Counted from the first letter of the stretch, positions 40,351 through 53,480 are shown. The stretch: DNA of 64,000 nucleotides from Callorhinchus milii (GCF_018977255.1 NW_024704743.1:46812001-46876000), one strand, 5' to 3'. The notes: generated from the sequence alone by a model not told the origin. Made by a program: numbers and translations.

Positions 40351-41726
40351 ATAAGATTCAATAGTTGATCCAATATTGATGTGATACTTTGCATAAGACC
40401 AGCCATCCCATCTGGTGGTTTTCTGAAGCTTTGGGCACAACCTTATTTAGTTTACCATAGAAACCCTGGAGGGTTCAAACCCGCCCTGAACTAATGCTTT
40501 CTTCATGGAAGCTAAATTATAAAATCAAGGCTCAGAGTAAATCATGTAAACAGTACATCTGGTTCTTGTTATGCTTGTAAAGAGGGATCCATTAGAAGAG
40601 AACAGACAATGGACACTTCATCCTTATGCTGTTTACAGATTTCATTCCATTTCTAATGATGCAACTTATTGCTTTTGTTTCTGTGCTGAAAGCAATGGAC
40701 TCTATTTCTTGACTACGTCTTAGAGTACAGAGCAGGCAAAGTGCACATATTTAAACCAGGGTAATGTTGACTTCGCAATAGTTACTTCTGTTGTAATTTA
40801 GCCAAGTTAAAATCCCAGTTGCCCTGTAAGAAAATTGATGAAATTATTTTATTTAAAAAAAATAAAAAGCCTGATATTGTCTCTTGTTTTCTCACATGTT
40901 CATTCTCACTCATTTAGCTAGAAGTGAAGGTGTGTTTCTGTGAGGATTTGAGCCCTTCTTTCTCTATTATTATTATTATTATCTGGTGGAATCACAGCTA
41001 ATTGTGTTTAACGATTAAATAGCGGAATTAAGCAATAAATGTTGCCTCCCAGAGCATTGAGGGCAGATATGTCAATCAATCCTTAGGGGTTCCATTGACC
41101 TGAGGTCCTGAATTCTGCATTGTAAGCATTGGAGGAATCATTTACTTCTGTTTTGTCATATTTGCCTTTTGCCCTGAATGATTCATTTGTTTTGACTGGT
41201 TTCTTCCAATGTTATCTTTTTCATAGAATTGTTTGTGTACACTGCACCATTCCTCCAGTCTGCTGAAACTGCTGTGATTGTTTTACTCTCATAGTCTGAG
41301 CTGACACTCCAAAGCACTGTGCTGTGTTGTGCTGCTTTGTTGGAGGTGTCATCCTTTGGACAAGACATCTTCAGGTTCTGGTGGACATTAAAGATCCCAT
41401 AAATATACATTCATTTCATTGGTAATTTAATTTTTTTTAGGTGGAAAGCTTCCCTTCTTCCAAACCATTTTCTTACCCAGTTACTGGGAGGACAAGTTGT
41501 TAATCTGGTTCAAAACCTACCCTTCTATTTGATTCTTCTGTTCTGGTGGTACTGTGGCCATTGAGCAGCCAGAGATGCATCATCATTTCAAAGGATTACA
41601 ATCGAAAACGCTCATTGCAGATCTTTGGTTTCCACAGAAGAAGCCTTTTCTGCAAAGGATAGAATAGATTTGGCATTTTCTAAATGTTAATACTGCTCTT
41701 CTTCTGTTCTTTAATGTTGCTTTCAG

Positions 41727-41929
41727 GCTTGGCTTAGAAAGAGGTGCTACATCAAAAGAGTCGTTAGATGCCATAGTGTCTCTTTTACAAGAGCATGGAC
41801 AAGGTGGCAATTACTTTGAGGATGGCAATTCACTCCACACATTTCACAGTAAATTTCTGATTGTGGATAGAACAGAAGCCTGGCTATTGGAAACAACTGG
41901 GAAATATTGGGCTGCTGAGAAAATCACAG
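41727..41929 (+). CDS. SCRN1: Secernin-1, coding exon 3
   Basis: tgctttcAG acceptor, G|gttggt donor, 203 nt, phase 2 to 1. LGLERGATSKESLDAIVSLLQEHGQGGNYFED...FLIVDRTEAWLLETTGKYWAAEKIT. Confidence 0.96.
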
Positions 41930-42972
41930 GTTGGTGTTTCTAAAATGTTGATCTGCAATACTGTACTGCAAAGGAGAAATAATCCAGTTGAATATACACA
42001 ACCTCAATTTTCAGTTAGAACTGGGGATCTAAAATGCTTTGTTTGCAAAATACATGTCCCTGAGCTACTTACTACTGAGTTGTTAGAATCACTAACCCAC
42101 GTGGCAATTTCATTTCAGGTAATTTCTCAGCCAAGAAAATGTCTAAAAAGTCTTGGTTTTGCTGGTATTCAGGATGGTAATTGTATTTTTATGTAAAATT
42201 TCACAATGTAATTGCAAAAAAAACTACAATTAGCAGCAACTTTCAGTCTGTAAATCTGTATTTAAATAATCAGTGAGTATTTGGTAGAAATTTGTGGATG
42301 AAACATGCATCATATGATCATTCAACATTTCACTAACACCCTGGAGAGGGGTAAGCAGGATTTCCTTTGCGTAGAGATGGCGCTAAGATTTTGTGCTTGG
42401 CAATAGAATGTCAGAACCGAGTACCATTTGTGGCCATCTCAGTAGTCCAGTTCCTGAGCTAGATGGGTCTGCAGTAACTGTTGATGACAGACCAGCCAGC
42501 TTGGTTCATTGCTAATAGATGAATGGCCAGAATGATTCCACAAGTGCCAGTGTTTGAAGAATCACTGATAAAGAGATTCTTCCCACTCAGCTCCTGTTAA
42601 ACCTGGAAGTCAAAGCCTTAATGGCTAGGGTGATCCTAGCTGGACAAGCAACAGGAAACTTGCCAAACAGTTGCTCTCAGTAGCAAGCTAGTTAATCTCC
42701 AGAAGTACCCAACATATATTCTTATTTTAATTATTTTAATTTCAGCTTTAATACAATGCATAGGGGAAGCACGATCAAGCAGACTGTGTGAAAATAAAGG
42801 GATATGAAGTGGAAGTCAGACTTGCCATGCTAGGGGGAGGGGAAAGCGGGCACTAAAAATAGTGATTCTACAGTGCCTTGGGCCGTCCTTCCAACGTGAA
42901 AGGTGCTATGCAAAGGTAATATTGTATTGTATCACAGACAATAAAGAGAGCTTTGTTGTATTTTATTCACAG

Positions 42973-43176
42973 AGGGCTTGAAGAGCATCTGCACCCAACT
43001 GTCTATAACCACTAAAATTGACGCGGAGCATCCTGGGCTCAGAGAGTATGCCCAGAGTCAAGGCTGGTGGAATGGAGAGGATGAATTCAGCTTCAGTGCA
43101 GTGTTCTCACCACCAGAAGCAGGGGAGTACATGGATCACTGTTGTGCTACCAAAGCTCATCTAGAGGAGCAAACAG
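42973..43176 (+). CDS. SCRN1: Secernin-1, coding exon 4
   Basis: ttttattcacAG acceptor, G|gtgggt donor, 204 nt, phase 1 to 1. EGLKSICTQLSITTKIDAEHPGLREYAQSQGWWNGEDEFSFSAVFSP... Confidence 0.94.
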
Positions 43177-44469
43177 GTGGGTGTAAAGCCTTGGAAGGGG
43201 AGTAAATAATGTTGGGAATATTGGGATTATTCCAATGTGATTTTTAATCAGTCAAGCTAGTAATGAACCATAGGACTTTACAGTACAGAGGAAGACTATG
43301 TGGATAGCGAGCATGTAATGCTGCAGGAACCTGTGCACTGTAGATAATAGTCATGAAAAGTTAACTTTCAGGTAAATGTACAAGTCTGATTCCTTTTAAG
43401 AAATCCTGTTCTAACAAATTAGATCACAAATGGCTATATCAAAGCCCCTTGTGACAAGAAAGCACTGTATTCCCCTGATCTAAGATGAAGTTCTATTCTG
43501 GTAGTTCTCTTCAGACTTTAATGTGGAGAGAGTATTTATTTTTAAAGAAGTGTTTACCAAGTCCTCTCAAAGGGAATAAGGCATCTTGTATGCATTGAAA
43601 CTACTACTTTATTATGGCACATTGCTGTTAATACCAGAAAATTGACAAGCAATGTCTGGTGTCCTTTTGATGACATTTGTAGTGTTAATCAATAACGTGT
43701 AAGAGGAGGACATCATGAAGGTTCTCATTTCACTCCCGTGCCAAGTTTAATTTGAAGCCAACACAGCTTTCTGCTTTCAGAGGGGAGATAGGAGGATCTG
43801 TCAGCCAAACCCAGATAGTTTTTTCCTGATGTGCTGCTCAGTGCTTAATATTTCTTCAACAAAGAAAACAAAAGACAAATGTTAAAACCACTTCTTTTAT
43901 TCACAAAACTGAACCAATAATATATTTTTGTTTGGGGTCTAGTTTGGGGTTTTCTTCAAACCAGGTACCTGTGTCATGCAATTACCTTCTGGTGACCGGA
44001 AGTGTTTCATACCTGGTTTGACTCTGCTCCAGATCAAACTACTTCCGGAGTGGAGTTCCCGCAGGGCAACAGAAAGTCTTAACAGGATTACAGACTACAA
44101 ACTAGTTCCCCTTTTCTGGTATTATGTCAAATGTGGCATCCCCACCCAAAATAGTAACATTGTCTGTGGGCAACCTATCTAAAATGACTGTGATGAGGAA
44201 CAGAGCAGTTATGTCATGCAGTTGTGTATTAACAATTCTTGTGTAAAGAAAGTATTGTACTATAGATGATTTTTTTTTAATTGTGATATAACGCCAAAAG
44301 AGGTTTCACAAATAAATACTTTTAGTATAATCTTTGATTTCACCTTGGATTCTGTCGAACTTTCAGAAAAGGTTGTGTTTGTTTCTGGTAATTAATGCTA
44401 GATTGACATTTTATGAAGTAACAAATATTTGAGCTCACTGTCGGCTTCTGATTGCTCGGTGAACACTAG

Positions 44470-44635
44470 GAAACATCACTGTGCAAACGCTGATCGATGT
44501 CCTGCGCCACAAAGAGAACAACGACTGCGCGGATCTGCCTCCTTTCCTCGTCACGGCGAGCATGGTGTCTGTCCTGCCTCAAAGCAGTGATTCAACTTGT
44601 GTCCACTTCTTCACCGCCACTCCTGACCCAACTAG
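44470..44635 (+). CDS. SCRN1: Secernin-1, coding exon 5
   Basis: gaacactAG acceptor (weak pyrimidine tract), AG|gttggt donor, 166 nt, phase 1 to 2. GNITVQTLIDVLRHK...TASMVSVLPQ...HFFTATPDPTR. Confidence 0.93.
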
Positions 44636-44874
44636 GTTGGTCATATGTTACTGGTTAACCTTAGGCAAAGTTATATAGACCTAGCAGAGCTACTTCATTG
44701 CCAAGAGCATTTGTGCTTTTTTGTTGATACATTGAGTAGAAGCACGGTTTAAATGAAGACTCCAATCACCCGATGGCAGTGAATTTATATTCCTGGGCAT
44801 TTGTATTTTGTAATTTATCCCTTTACTCTCTTCTGGGTTTCCCAAGCTTTCACTATCTCTATCTATAGGCTTAG

Positions 44875-45490
44875 CTAACATTCCCAAGCCATGCTGGGGT
44901 TGCGCTGCATTGTTCGAAGTGCATTCTTCAGAGAAGACAATAAAACCCAGGTCCCGTCGGCTTATTCAGGTGGACATTAAAGATCCAAATGCATATTTGA
45001 AAAGAGAAGGGAGTTTCTTCCCACAGATAAAATTGGTCACTCATTTCATGTCTGTTTATAATAATAATCCTTGCATTTGATACAGTGCCTTCTAACAGCA
45101 TTGAGACGTCTCAAAGTGCTTCACAGGATTTACTGTAAACTGGATATATTTTGTGGGCAAACACGGCAGCCAAGTTGCTTACAACAATGTTCCACAAATA
45201 GCCATAAAGTGAATGACATGGATGAGTAGCACTGGGAGAAATTCCCTTCTTTTTAGAATAGTACCATGGGATCTTTACAGTTCACAAACAAGCAAGTATG
45301 ATTTTGGTTTAACGTCTTACCTGAAAGATGCCATCTCCAACAATGCAGGAGGACATTGATGTGTGCAAATTGGCTACAGCCTGTGACTACAAACTTACTA
45401 CACCTCACTGTTAAATCCTGTGAAGCTCTTCAAGACACATCTTGATGGTATGATAAGATGTTATATCAAACCAAGGATTATGGATTATAT
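44875..45490. mobile_element. Nested old Deu-domain SINEs: a + copy interrupted by a - copy at ~45060-45350
   Basis: caggtggacattaaagatcc Deu-like core on +, its reverse complement (catgggatcttt...ggtttaacgtct) in the insert, and the + tail resuming after 45350. Confidence 0.6.
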
Positions 45491-46419
45491 TACAATAAGA
45501 AAAGAGTCCAGACTATGCTTACTGCCTTCCCTGATAGGTACCAAGAACACAGGATTCCAGAAAATCACCAGCAAGGATTCTTTTGGCTTTCTGTTTTGTG
45601 ACCTAGATGGTCGAACTCTACCATGCTTCACATCACCAATTAAGTACAAATCTACCGTTTTGCTTAGTATTTTAATGCTGCTGTTTGACTGTGAAGACCT
45701 TCAGTGAGCTTAGTGAGTAATAACGCACTCTGGTGGCATGGGCCAGTGTTGCAGTATTTTGAGATCTATAGGTTCATCACTTCCATAGATACAGCCACCA
45801 GAAGTGAAAGGCACTATATAAATGCATTTTGTTGTTGAAGAGATTCCATGCGCTATCTGCCAGTTTGCTGTGTTTAAGCAGCTACATTGAGTGAAGATTT
45901 CCTCAGCAGTTCTAACATGTTCTATCAACTGCGGGTTGAGTTGAAGCTCTCCATCATGATTCCTTTACAACTGGTAAACAAATCGATGGCTTTTGCACAG
46001 ATTTTGATTCTGTTATTTCTCTCTCTCTCTCTCTCTTGCTCTCCTCTCTCTCTTTCCCCCAGTCCCATATCTTTCACTGAGATTGCACAGCATTTAACTA
46101 AAATGGTATTATAATTTGAAAGTAATCTGAATAAGCTGCAATGGGTATTGGGGACCACTTTTACAGACGAGATTTGTTCTCTGTTGCCCAGTACTTTAGT
46201 GTTTCGTTGGCTAAATGTATATAGACTGATTTTGCAATATGATGAGGTAGTTTGGGAAGGGGAGGAAGGTGGTGGATGTATCTGAGAGGAGCAAGAAGTG
46301 TTAAATGAAGCAGATGGCTTTCATTAGCACTCTGTATGTGGGATTGCTCTGATATCTGTGAAGTGGGTGAATAGGACCTTTGCACAGCTATCAATAAAAG
46401 TCTGATTTGTTTGCTTCAG

Positions 46420-46600
46420 GTCTATCTTCAAGCCTTTCATCTTTGTAGATAATGTCAAGCTGGTTCCTAAAGCACAGTCTCCGAGCTTTGGTGATGAGGA
46501 CCCAGCAAAACAGGAGCCTCGGTTCCAGAGCAGACCTGACCGTAGGCATGACCTCTACAAGGCACACAACGGTGCCAGGTCAGTCATGGAGGCTGACGAG
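46420..46600 (+). CDS. SCRN1: Secernin-1, coding exon 6
   Basis: ttgcttcAG acceptor, GAG|gtaggt donor, 181 nt, phase 2 to 0. SIFKPFIFVDNVKLVPKAQSPSFGDEDPAKQEPRFQSRPDRRHDLYKAH. Confidence 0.96.
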
Positions 46601-46754
46601 GTAGGTGCAGATGTTACTTTAGGATTTGCAGGTTCTTCATCTGACATTTCTTTGGATTTAATTGTAATAATTTTAATCATTTTTGAGTTACAGTTAAATT
46701 ATTACAAGGGCACAACAAAGTTTCTTGCTGAGCCATGTGGAGAATGCCAAGGTA

Positions 46755-46963
46755 GGATCACTGTGTGAGGATGTCAGGGCAGAGTGATCACGGTGTGAGG
46801 GTGTCAGGACAGAGGGATCACTGTGTGAGGGTGTCAGGGCAGAGGGATCACTGTGTGAGGGTGTCAGGGCAGAGGGATCACTGTGTGAGGGTGTCAGGGC
46901 AGAGGGATCACTGTGTGAGGGTGTCAGGGCAGAGGGATCACTGTGTGAGGGTGTCAGGGCAGA
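46755..46963 (+). repeat. 30-bp minisatellite, ~7 units (GGATCACTGTGTGAGGGTGTCAGGGCAGAG)
   Basis: Directly visible tandem array; resumes at 48713-48768. Confidence 0.95.
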
Positions 46964-48712
46964 CACCCTCCTCAAAAAACTTACCCAAGATCCCTCAAAC
47001 CCCAGCCACTACTGCCCTATTTCTAACCTGCCCTTCCTCTCAAAAGTCCTAGAACGCATTGTTGCAAATCAACTCCACGCACACGTCTCCTCCCACTCCC
47101 TCTTCGAACCCCTCCAGTCCGGTTTCCGCCCTGCCCACAGTACAGAGACTGCACTTGTGAAAGTCACAAATGACATCCTCTCTATCTGTGACCAGGGCTT
47201 CCTCTGCCTCCTTGTCCTCCTGGACCTCTCCGCTGCCTTTCCTCCATCATCCACCTCAGTGGAACCGCACTGGTTCGAGTTGTACTTCACGAACCGCCAG
47301 CAGTACATCTGCACTAACGCTTCTCCTCCCACTGTCTCCCGGTTACCTGTGGGGTATCCCAAGGATCCATCCTTGGCCCCCTCCTCTTTCTGATCTATAT
47401 GCTCCCTCTTGGGGATGTCATCCACAGACATGGAGTACACTTCCACATGTATGGAGTCCTGTAGCTCAGTGGTTAGAGCACTCGCTTTGCAAGTGAGAGA
47501 CCTGAGTTCAATTCCCGGCAGGGCGAAACCTTGGGCAAGTTTTCTTACTCCACACGCCTAATAATAATCCCTCCAAAACAAAACAATAATAAATTGGTCA
47601 TTTTCACTGTTTGTGGGACATTGCTGTGCGCAATTGGCTGCCGCGTTCGCCCACAAATATACAGTCAATTCATTTTACAGTGTGTTCTGTGAAGCGCTTT
47701 GGGACGTCCTCCCGACGTGAAAAGCGCTATATCAAATGCAAGGATTATTATTATTATGTATGCGGGCGACACCCAACTCTATTTTTCCACTTCACTTTGC
47801 GACCCCCAGTCCCCTGATGTTCTGTTAGCCTGCCTGTCAGATCTCAGGAGCTGGGTGAGTGCAAATCTCCTTCAGTTGAACGTTGACAAGACGGAAGCCT
47901 TGACAAGACTTTGGCTCTCATCAATATCTAAAATCTCACGGTTCCCACCTCCTCCACCTACCTGACCTCCCCCTAAAACTCTCCGAACCCGTATGCAACC
48001 TAGACGTCAGGTTCGACCCCCAATTATCCTTACTCCCCCACATCCGGTCCCTCACCAGCACCGCTTTCTTCCACCTCCGATGCATCGCCCGTCTCCGCCA
48101 ATATCTCACTCTAAAAGCCGCTGAAACCCCGGTGTCCATGCCTTTGTAACCCCTCGGCTGCACTATTCAAATACCCTCTTCGCCAGTCTCCCCTCCACTA
48201 CCATCCATAAAATCCAGGTCATAGAAAACTCTGCCGCCTGCATTCTTATCTGCACCAAACTCCGTTCCCCAATTACCCCAGTCCTTGCCAGACTACACTG
48301 GCTGCCTGTCCCAGAGAGGATCGACTTCAAGATCCTCACCCTTGTCTTCAAATCCCTCCACTCCTCTGCACCCCCTTTACCTCTCTGACCTCCTCTCTCC
48401 TCACAACAGTGCCCGTTGCCTTCGTTCCTCCGGGTCTGGCCTCCTCCTCGTCCCCCGAGCCCTCCGCTCCACCCTCAGCGGTCGTGCCTTCAGCCACTGT
48501 GTCCCGAGGCTCTGGAACTCCCTTTCCTTCGCCTCGCTCCCTCCCTTCCTATTTTCAGGTCTCGGCTGAAGACTTTTCTTTTCGACCGCGCCTTTGGTCA
48601 CCTTCCTCCTTCGGCCCCTGGTTCGGCCCCGGGATCCGTTACTGTAAAGCACCCTGAGACACCGTCCGATGTGGAGGGCGCTATATAAATCCAAGTTGTT
48701 TTTGTTGTTGTT
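46963..48712 (+). mobile_element. L2 LINE, 5'-truncated, with nested SINE
   Basis: QSGFRPAHSTETALVKVTND, LVLLDLSAAF, LQLNVDKTE, LHWLPVPERIDFKIL; (TTG)n tail. Confidence 0.92.
47453..47756 (+). mobile_element. Full-length SINE inside L2, with ATGTAT target duplication
   Basis: ...ttccacATGTAT|ggagtcctgtagc...attattatt|ATGTATgcgggcgac. Confidence 0.93.
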
Positions 48713-50050
48713 ATCACTGTGAGGGTGTCGGGGCAGAGTGATCACTGTGAGGGTGCCTAATCACTGTCTTCGTTTTCTTAGGGAGAAAGCATTCCAATGG
48801 GTTACAGTTCTGTAATGTGGCATTTGTGCTGAGAGAATATATATATATAAAAAAAAGAGCGTCTCCATCACGTGGCCAGCACTAAATATAGAAACATTTT
48901 CAGCACACTATAAAACACGAGAAGCTATTAGCAGCTACTGGCTTACTTGAATGTCTGGCAGTTTGTCAAAAAGCTGCTCGCTCGGTACAGTATTGCTCAC
49001 TCTCCAGCAGATTTGCGACATTACCATTGACATGTTTGTAAACAAAAAGAATAGGTACAGGACTGGAAAAGATTGTTGCAGAAAATTATTTTTGCTGTTT
49101 TTAAGAACCTGTTTCTAAATTCAGATTGACTTTAAGATATAAGAATTCTACAAAACTCTGAATGATCATAAATTTCAAGGCAATATTTTCTGAGTTGTTT
49201 CATAACTCTGGGATTCAGACTTGCCTTTGTCTTGTTTGGAGGTCTCTTTGATTGTGAATGTGAGCACTTAGTTGTTCAAATGTGTCTGATAGCCACACAT
49301 ACACACCTACTGTAGTAGTTGTGCTCTACATCCCTCGCTGAAATTACTGTAGCAATAAAAACTGATCCTAATTGAGATGCTGCTCATGCACTATTAAGAA
49401 CCAGACTATAGACAGTCTGAGCATTCACCAAGGAAAAAAATTATTTTAAATGTTTTTAAAAAAAACAAATAGATTGTGAAAAGAACCTCTCCTCTCAGCT
49501 CTCATAATAAATTCTTCTTCATCGTAGACTCTCTAATTACTGAGCTGAGAGTACTGACAGGTTTGATTAAAGCAAGAGATAAAAATGGAAACCGTTCAGC
49601 TCTCCCTATATGTTCAACGAAGTCTCGATGCAGACCTAAACCAGTTGCAATACACTTAATAATAATTATGGTCTTTCACATATTTAGAGCTATTTCTGGA
49701 TGCCACTGATTTTCTGTTTTTTCTGCTCTTTCTCTGACCCTGGGATGCTTTCTGATCCAAAATTTGAGTAGATTGTGGTTTAATCCAAGCATGCTGTGAT
49801 TAAAGAAATGCTCGATTGTTTGTATTTTTTCAGTTATTTCTTAGAATTATTATATAGTTGCATTGGTTTAAAATGAAGTTTATGTTTATGCAGTGCTGCA
49901 GCTCACTGTAACAGAGCAACAAGCTAGGGAATTCCTACAAAATACACAGTCAAACTACTTTTCAGTATATTTTGTGAAGCGATTTGAGACGTCTCAACAA
50001 TGTGATAAGCTGCTATATCAAATTCAAGAATTATTATTCCTTGCCCAATA

Positions 50051-52575
50051 CAACAACAACAAACAGCAACAAAATTACATTTATAGAGTACCTTTCATGT
50101 CGGGAGGATGTCCCAAAGCGCTGAATAATCAGGTGTCGGGGCCCGAGCATGGCGGAGGGATAGTGTAGGCGTGAGGGAAGGCAGAGAGGTGGGAAAGCGA
50201 TCAAAGATCGAAGAGAAGGGTCTTGAGACCGGCCTTGAAGGAGGCAAGGGAGGAAGCGAGGCGAAGGGACCATGGGATGGAGTTCCAGAGTGTGGGGCAG
50301 ACAGGTTGAAAGCCCAGCCACCGATGGTAAGACAGGTCGGGCGGGAGACATGGAGCAGGCCTGCTGAACGGAGGGTGCGACCAGGTTGGTAGGGAGTCAG
50401 CAGGTCAGAGAGGTAGGAGGGGCAAGGCTATGGATGGCCTTGAAAGTGAGGATGAGGATCTTGAACCCGATCCTCTGGGGATGGGGAGCCAGTGGAGTCG
50501 GGCGAGGGTTGGAGTGATGGGGTCACGGAGCCTGGTGAGTGAGAGTACACGAGCTGCAGAGCTTTGGATGATCTGCAGCTTGTGAAGGGAAGAGTTGGGA
50601 AGGCCGATGAGGAGGGAGTTCCCGTAATCGAGCCTTGATGTGACGAATGCGTGGGTGAGTGTTTTGGCAGCCTGAGGGGTGAGGCAGTGGCGGAGTCTGG
50701 CAATGTTGTGGAGGTGGTGGTAGGCAATGCTGGTCATGGCGTGGATGTGGGGGAGAAAGGACAGTTCAGGACCAAACAAGGCATCCAGGTTCCTGACTAA
50801 CTTAGTGAGGTTGAGTGTGCAACCGTGGAGGCTGATGCTCCCAGCGCCCGAGGTATGAAGGCGCTGGCGCAAACCAATCAGGAGGGCCTCAATCTCGCTG
50901 ACGTTGAGTTGTCACTCGTCCAGAATTTGATGTCGGACAGGCAGTCGGTCAGGTCGCCGGTAGTCCTGGAGTTCAGGGCGGAGGCAGAGAGATAGAGTTG
51001 CGTGTCATCTGCATACATGTGGAAATTTACCCCATTTCTGCGGATGATGTCACCAAGGGGGAGCATGTAGAGGGTGAAGAGGAGGGGACAGAGGACAGAG
51101 CCCTGAGGAACACTGCACAAGACGGTGCGGGGGCTGGAGGAGAAACCGTTTGCTGCAACAAAGTGGAGGCGGTGTGAAAGGTAGGATCTGAACCAGTCAA
51201 GGACAGAACCTTGAAGGTTGAGGTGAGAAGGGAGGCAGTAGATGAGGATTGAGTGGTCCACCGTGTCAAAGGAGGTGAAAAGGTCGAGGAGATGAGGAGG
51301 CAGAGGGAGCCCTGGTCACACATGGTCAGAATGTCATTTGTAACATTGACCAGAGCAGTTTCCATGCTGTGGGCAGCACGGAAACCCAATTGGAGTGGTT
51401 CATCAAGGGAGTGAGAGGAGTGGAAAGAGCAAAGCTGGGAGGCGATCGTTCTCTCAAGGATAGGAAAGGGAGGTTTGAGATGGGTCGGTAGCTGGATAGC
51501 TGTGATGGGTCAAGGGAAGGTTTCTTCAAGGTGATAATGGCTGTTTTGAGGGGGGGAAGGAACAGTGCCAGATGACAGGGAGAGGTTGATGATGTCTGTG
51601 AGTAATGGGACAAGGAGGTGGAGCTGGGATTTAAGAAGAGAGGTGGGGATGGGCTCCAGGGAGCAGGTGGTGAGCTTCATGGAGGATATGGTGGTCATGA
51701 CAGAGGAGGGGGTGACAGGTTCAAAGGTGTGGAAGGAGGGATAGGTAATTGTCGGAGTGTGGGGCAGGGGTAGGGAGGGGGAAAGTTGGGAGGGCAGTGG
51801 CAGCTGAGCGATTCCCTCGATTTTGGACTTGAGGAAGTCCAGCATTTTCTCGCAGTGAGAGTCAGAGGAAAGAATCTGCGAGGCGTGGCGGGGAGGGCGG
51901 AGGAGCCGGTTGGTGGTGGAGAACAGGAGCCTGGGGTTGTCCTTCGCCTTCAGGATTAACCTGGAATAGAAGGACAATTTGGCCGAGGCGAGAGAGGAGT
52001 GGTAGGTTTTGATGAGGTCCAGCCAGATGTGGCGGTGGACCGTTAGGCCGGATTTGAGCCAAGTGGGTTCAGCAGCCCACTCCTAGCCCTTGAGCGAGAG
52101 GAGGTGGCTGGTGAACCGGGGTGAGGATCGGGAATAGGAGGCAGTTTGGGAGGTGAGAGGGGCAAGGCATTGAGTGTGGTGGAGAGAGTGCTGTGGAGAA
52201 AAGTAAGTGCAGCGAGTGGGTTGGTGCGAGAGGTGGGGCAGAAGTGGAGGAGTTCAGAGGATCCTGGGCAGCGGAGAGAGACTGCGGGGAGATGTTCTTC
52301 CATAGTTGATAGAAGATGGTGGTAGGTTTGGAGGCAGTGGGGAGAGGGACATGGGAGTTGAGGGAGATGAAATGTTGGTCAGAGATGACCTTGTCAGTGA
52401 TGGTGACATCTGAGACGCTGAGGCCCCGAATGATCACCAGGTCGAGCGGGTGGCCGTGAACATGGGTAGCAGAGTGGATGTGGAGGCAGAGGTTGAGAGA
52501 GGAGAGGAGAAGTTCTGAGGAGATAGAGCAGGAGGGGGTGAAGTGGAGGTTGAAGTCGCATGAAGTTGAAGTTGC
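50051..52575 (-). mobile_element. Longest L2 copy (end of endonuclease, RT, 3'UTR), frameshifted
   Basis: [48 protein letters not shown]; (TTG)n tail. Confidence 0.94.
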
Positions 52576-53254
52576 GGTATGTTCTGCACCTGAGATATCA
52601 CAGTCGGAGGTTTCCTTTCTGTGAAGAAAAANTCAAAGGGAGAAGGAGCAATTGTCAATAAAAATCATGCACTTGGAATAAGAAATGTTATTTTGCCATT
52701 GATTTTATTCCTTCCACAATTCACATGCAATCCTCTTATCGTGAGGAACTGGCCAGACATCCTTTTTCCTACGCCCAGCTATCAATTAAAGCCCTTCAAT
52801 ACCTATCTGAAATTGTATTTGTTAGCCAAGACAAGTTTCTGTCAGCATGATACTGCTGAGCTGGGTTATACTGGAGGAAAGGAAGGGTTAATTTTAAGCA
52901 CATTAGGACATTCTCCTGATATGAAAGGCCCTACATAAATTGAAATTTCTGTTGTAATATATTGTAATGCAATATTTAGCTATCACTGCTGACATATCTA
53001 AAGAGGAAGATTAGAATAGGTCCTAAATATTGAAAGTATGTGCCTATGGACATTATTTAAAGAAACAAAGTATTTTGTTCCAGCTTTTTACCTGCATAAT
53101 ATGCCAAACTTTTATTTGCAGTGGTCTAATTTTGAATATCATCTTTTTCTAGAAAATAGCCAATATAATTGTGATATAAGGTATAGTTTAGCCTCCATAT
53201 AAGAAGGAACAAACAGCTGAAAACTGTTCATATTAGCGTATTAATCCCTCAGAT

Positions 53255-53480
53255 AAGATTGGCTGTTTGAGGGATAGTGTTGTGCACAAATTGGCTGCAT
53301 ATTCATCTACCAAAGTCACATCACTTCACAACAGGGATTGCCAATTTGAGGCCTGCATTGCGCATTCGTAGAGTACTCACACGAGCCGCAAGTTGTCCAT
53401 CCCTGCTTTACAGTTTATCCTGTGAAGTGCTTTGAGGTGTTTTGATGACATAAGGTGCTATATCAAATGCCAAGATTATT
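53255..53480 (+). mobile_element. Old SINE 3' half carrying a MITE
   Basis: ctgtttgagggatagtgttgtgcacaaattggctgc body and tail. Confidence 0.7.
53332..53405. mobile_element. 74-bp hAT-type MITE
   Basis: TIRs CAGGGATTGCCAA / TTGTCCATCCCTG; flanking 8-mers cttcacaa and ctttacag (6/8) fit an 8-bp TSD. Confidence 0.7.

Noticed and set aside
46755..46963. CRISPR-like array
   Set aside because: Units are contiguous with no unique spacers, and the context is vertebrate.
46694..47052. Repetitive ORFs (SALTPSHSDP)n and (VRVSGQRDHC)n
   Set aside because: Produced by the 30-bp tandem array; intronic, no splice support.
50051..52575. Possible active or domesticated reverse transcriptase
   Set aside because: Broken into many frames, 5'-truncated, no ORF1; ordinary dead L2.
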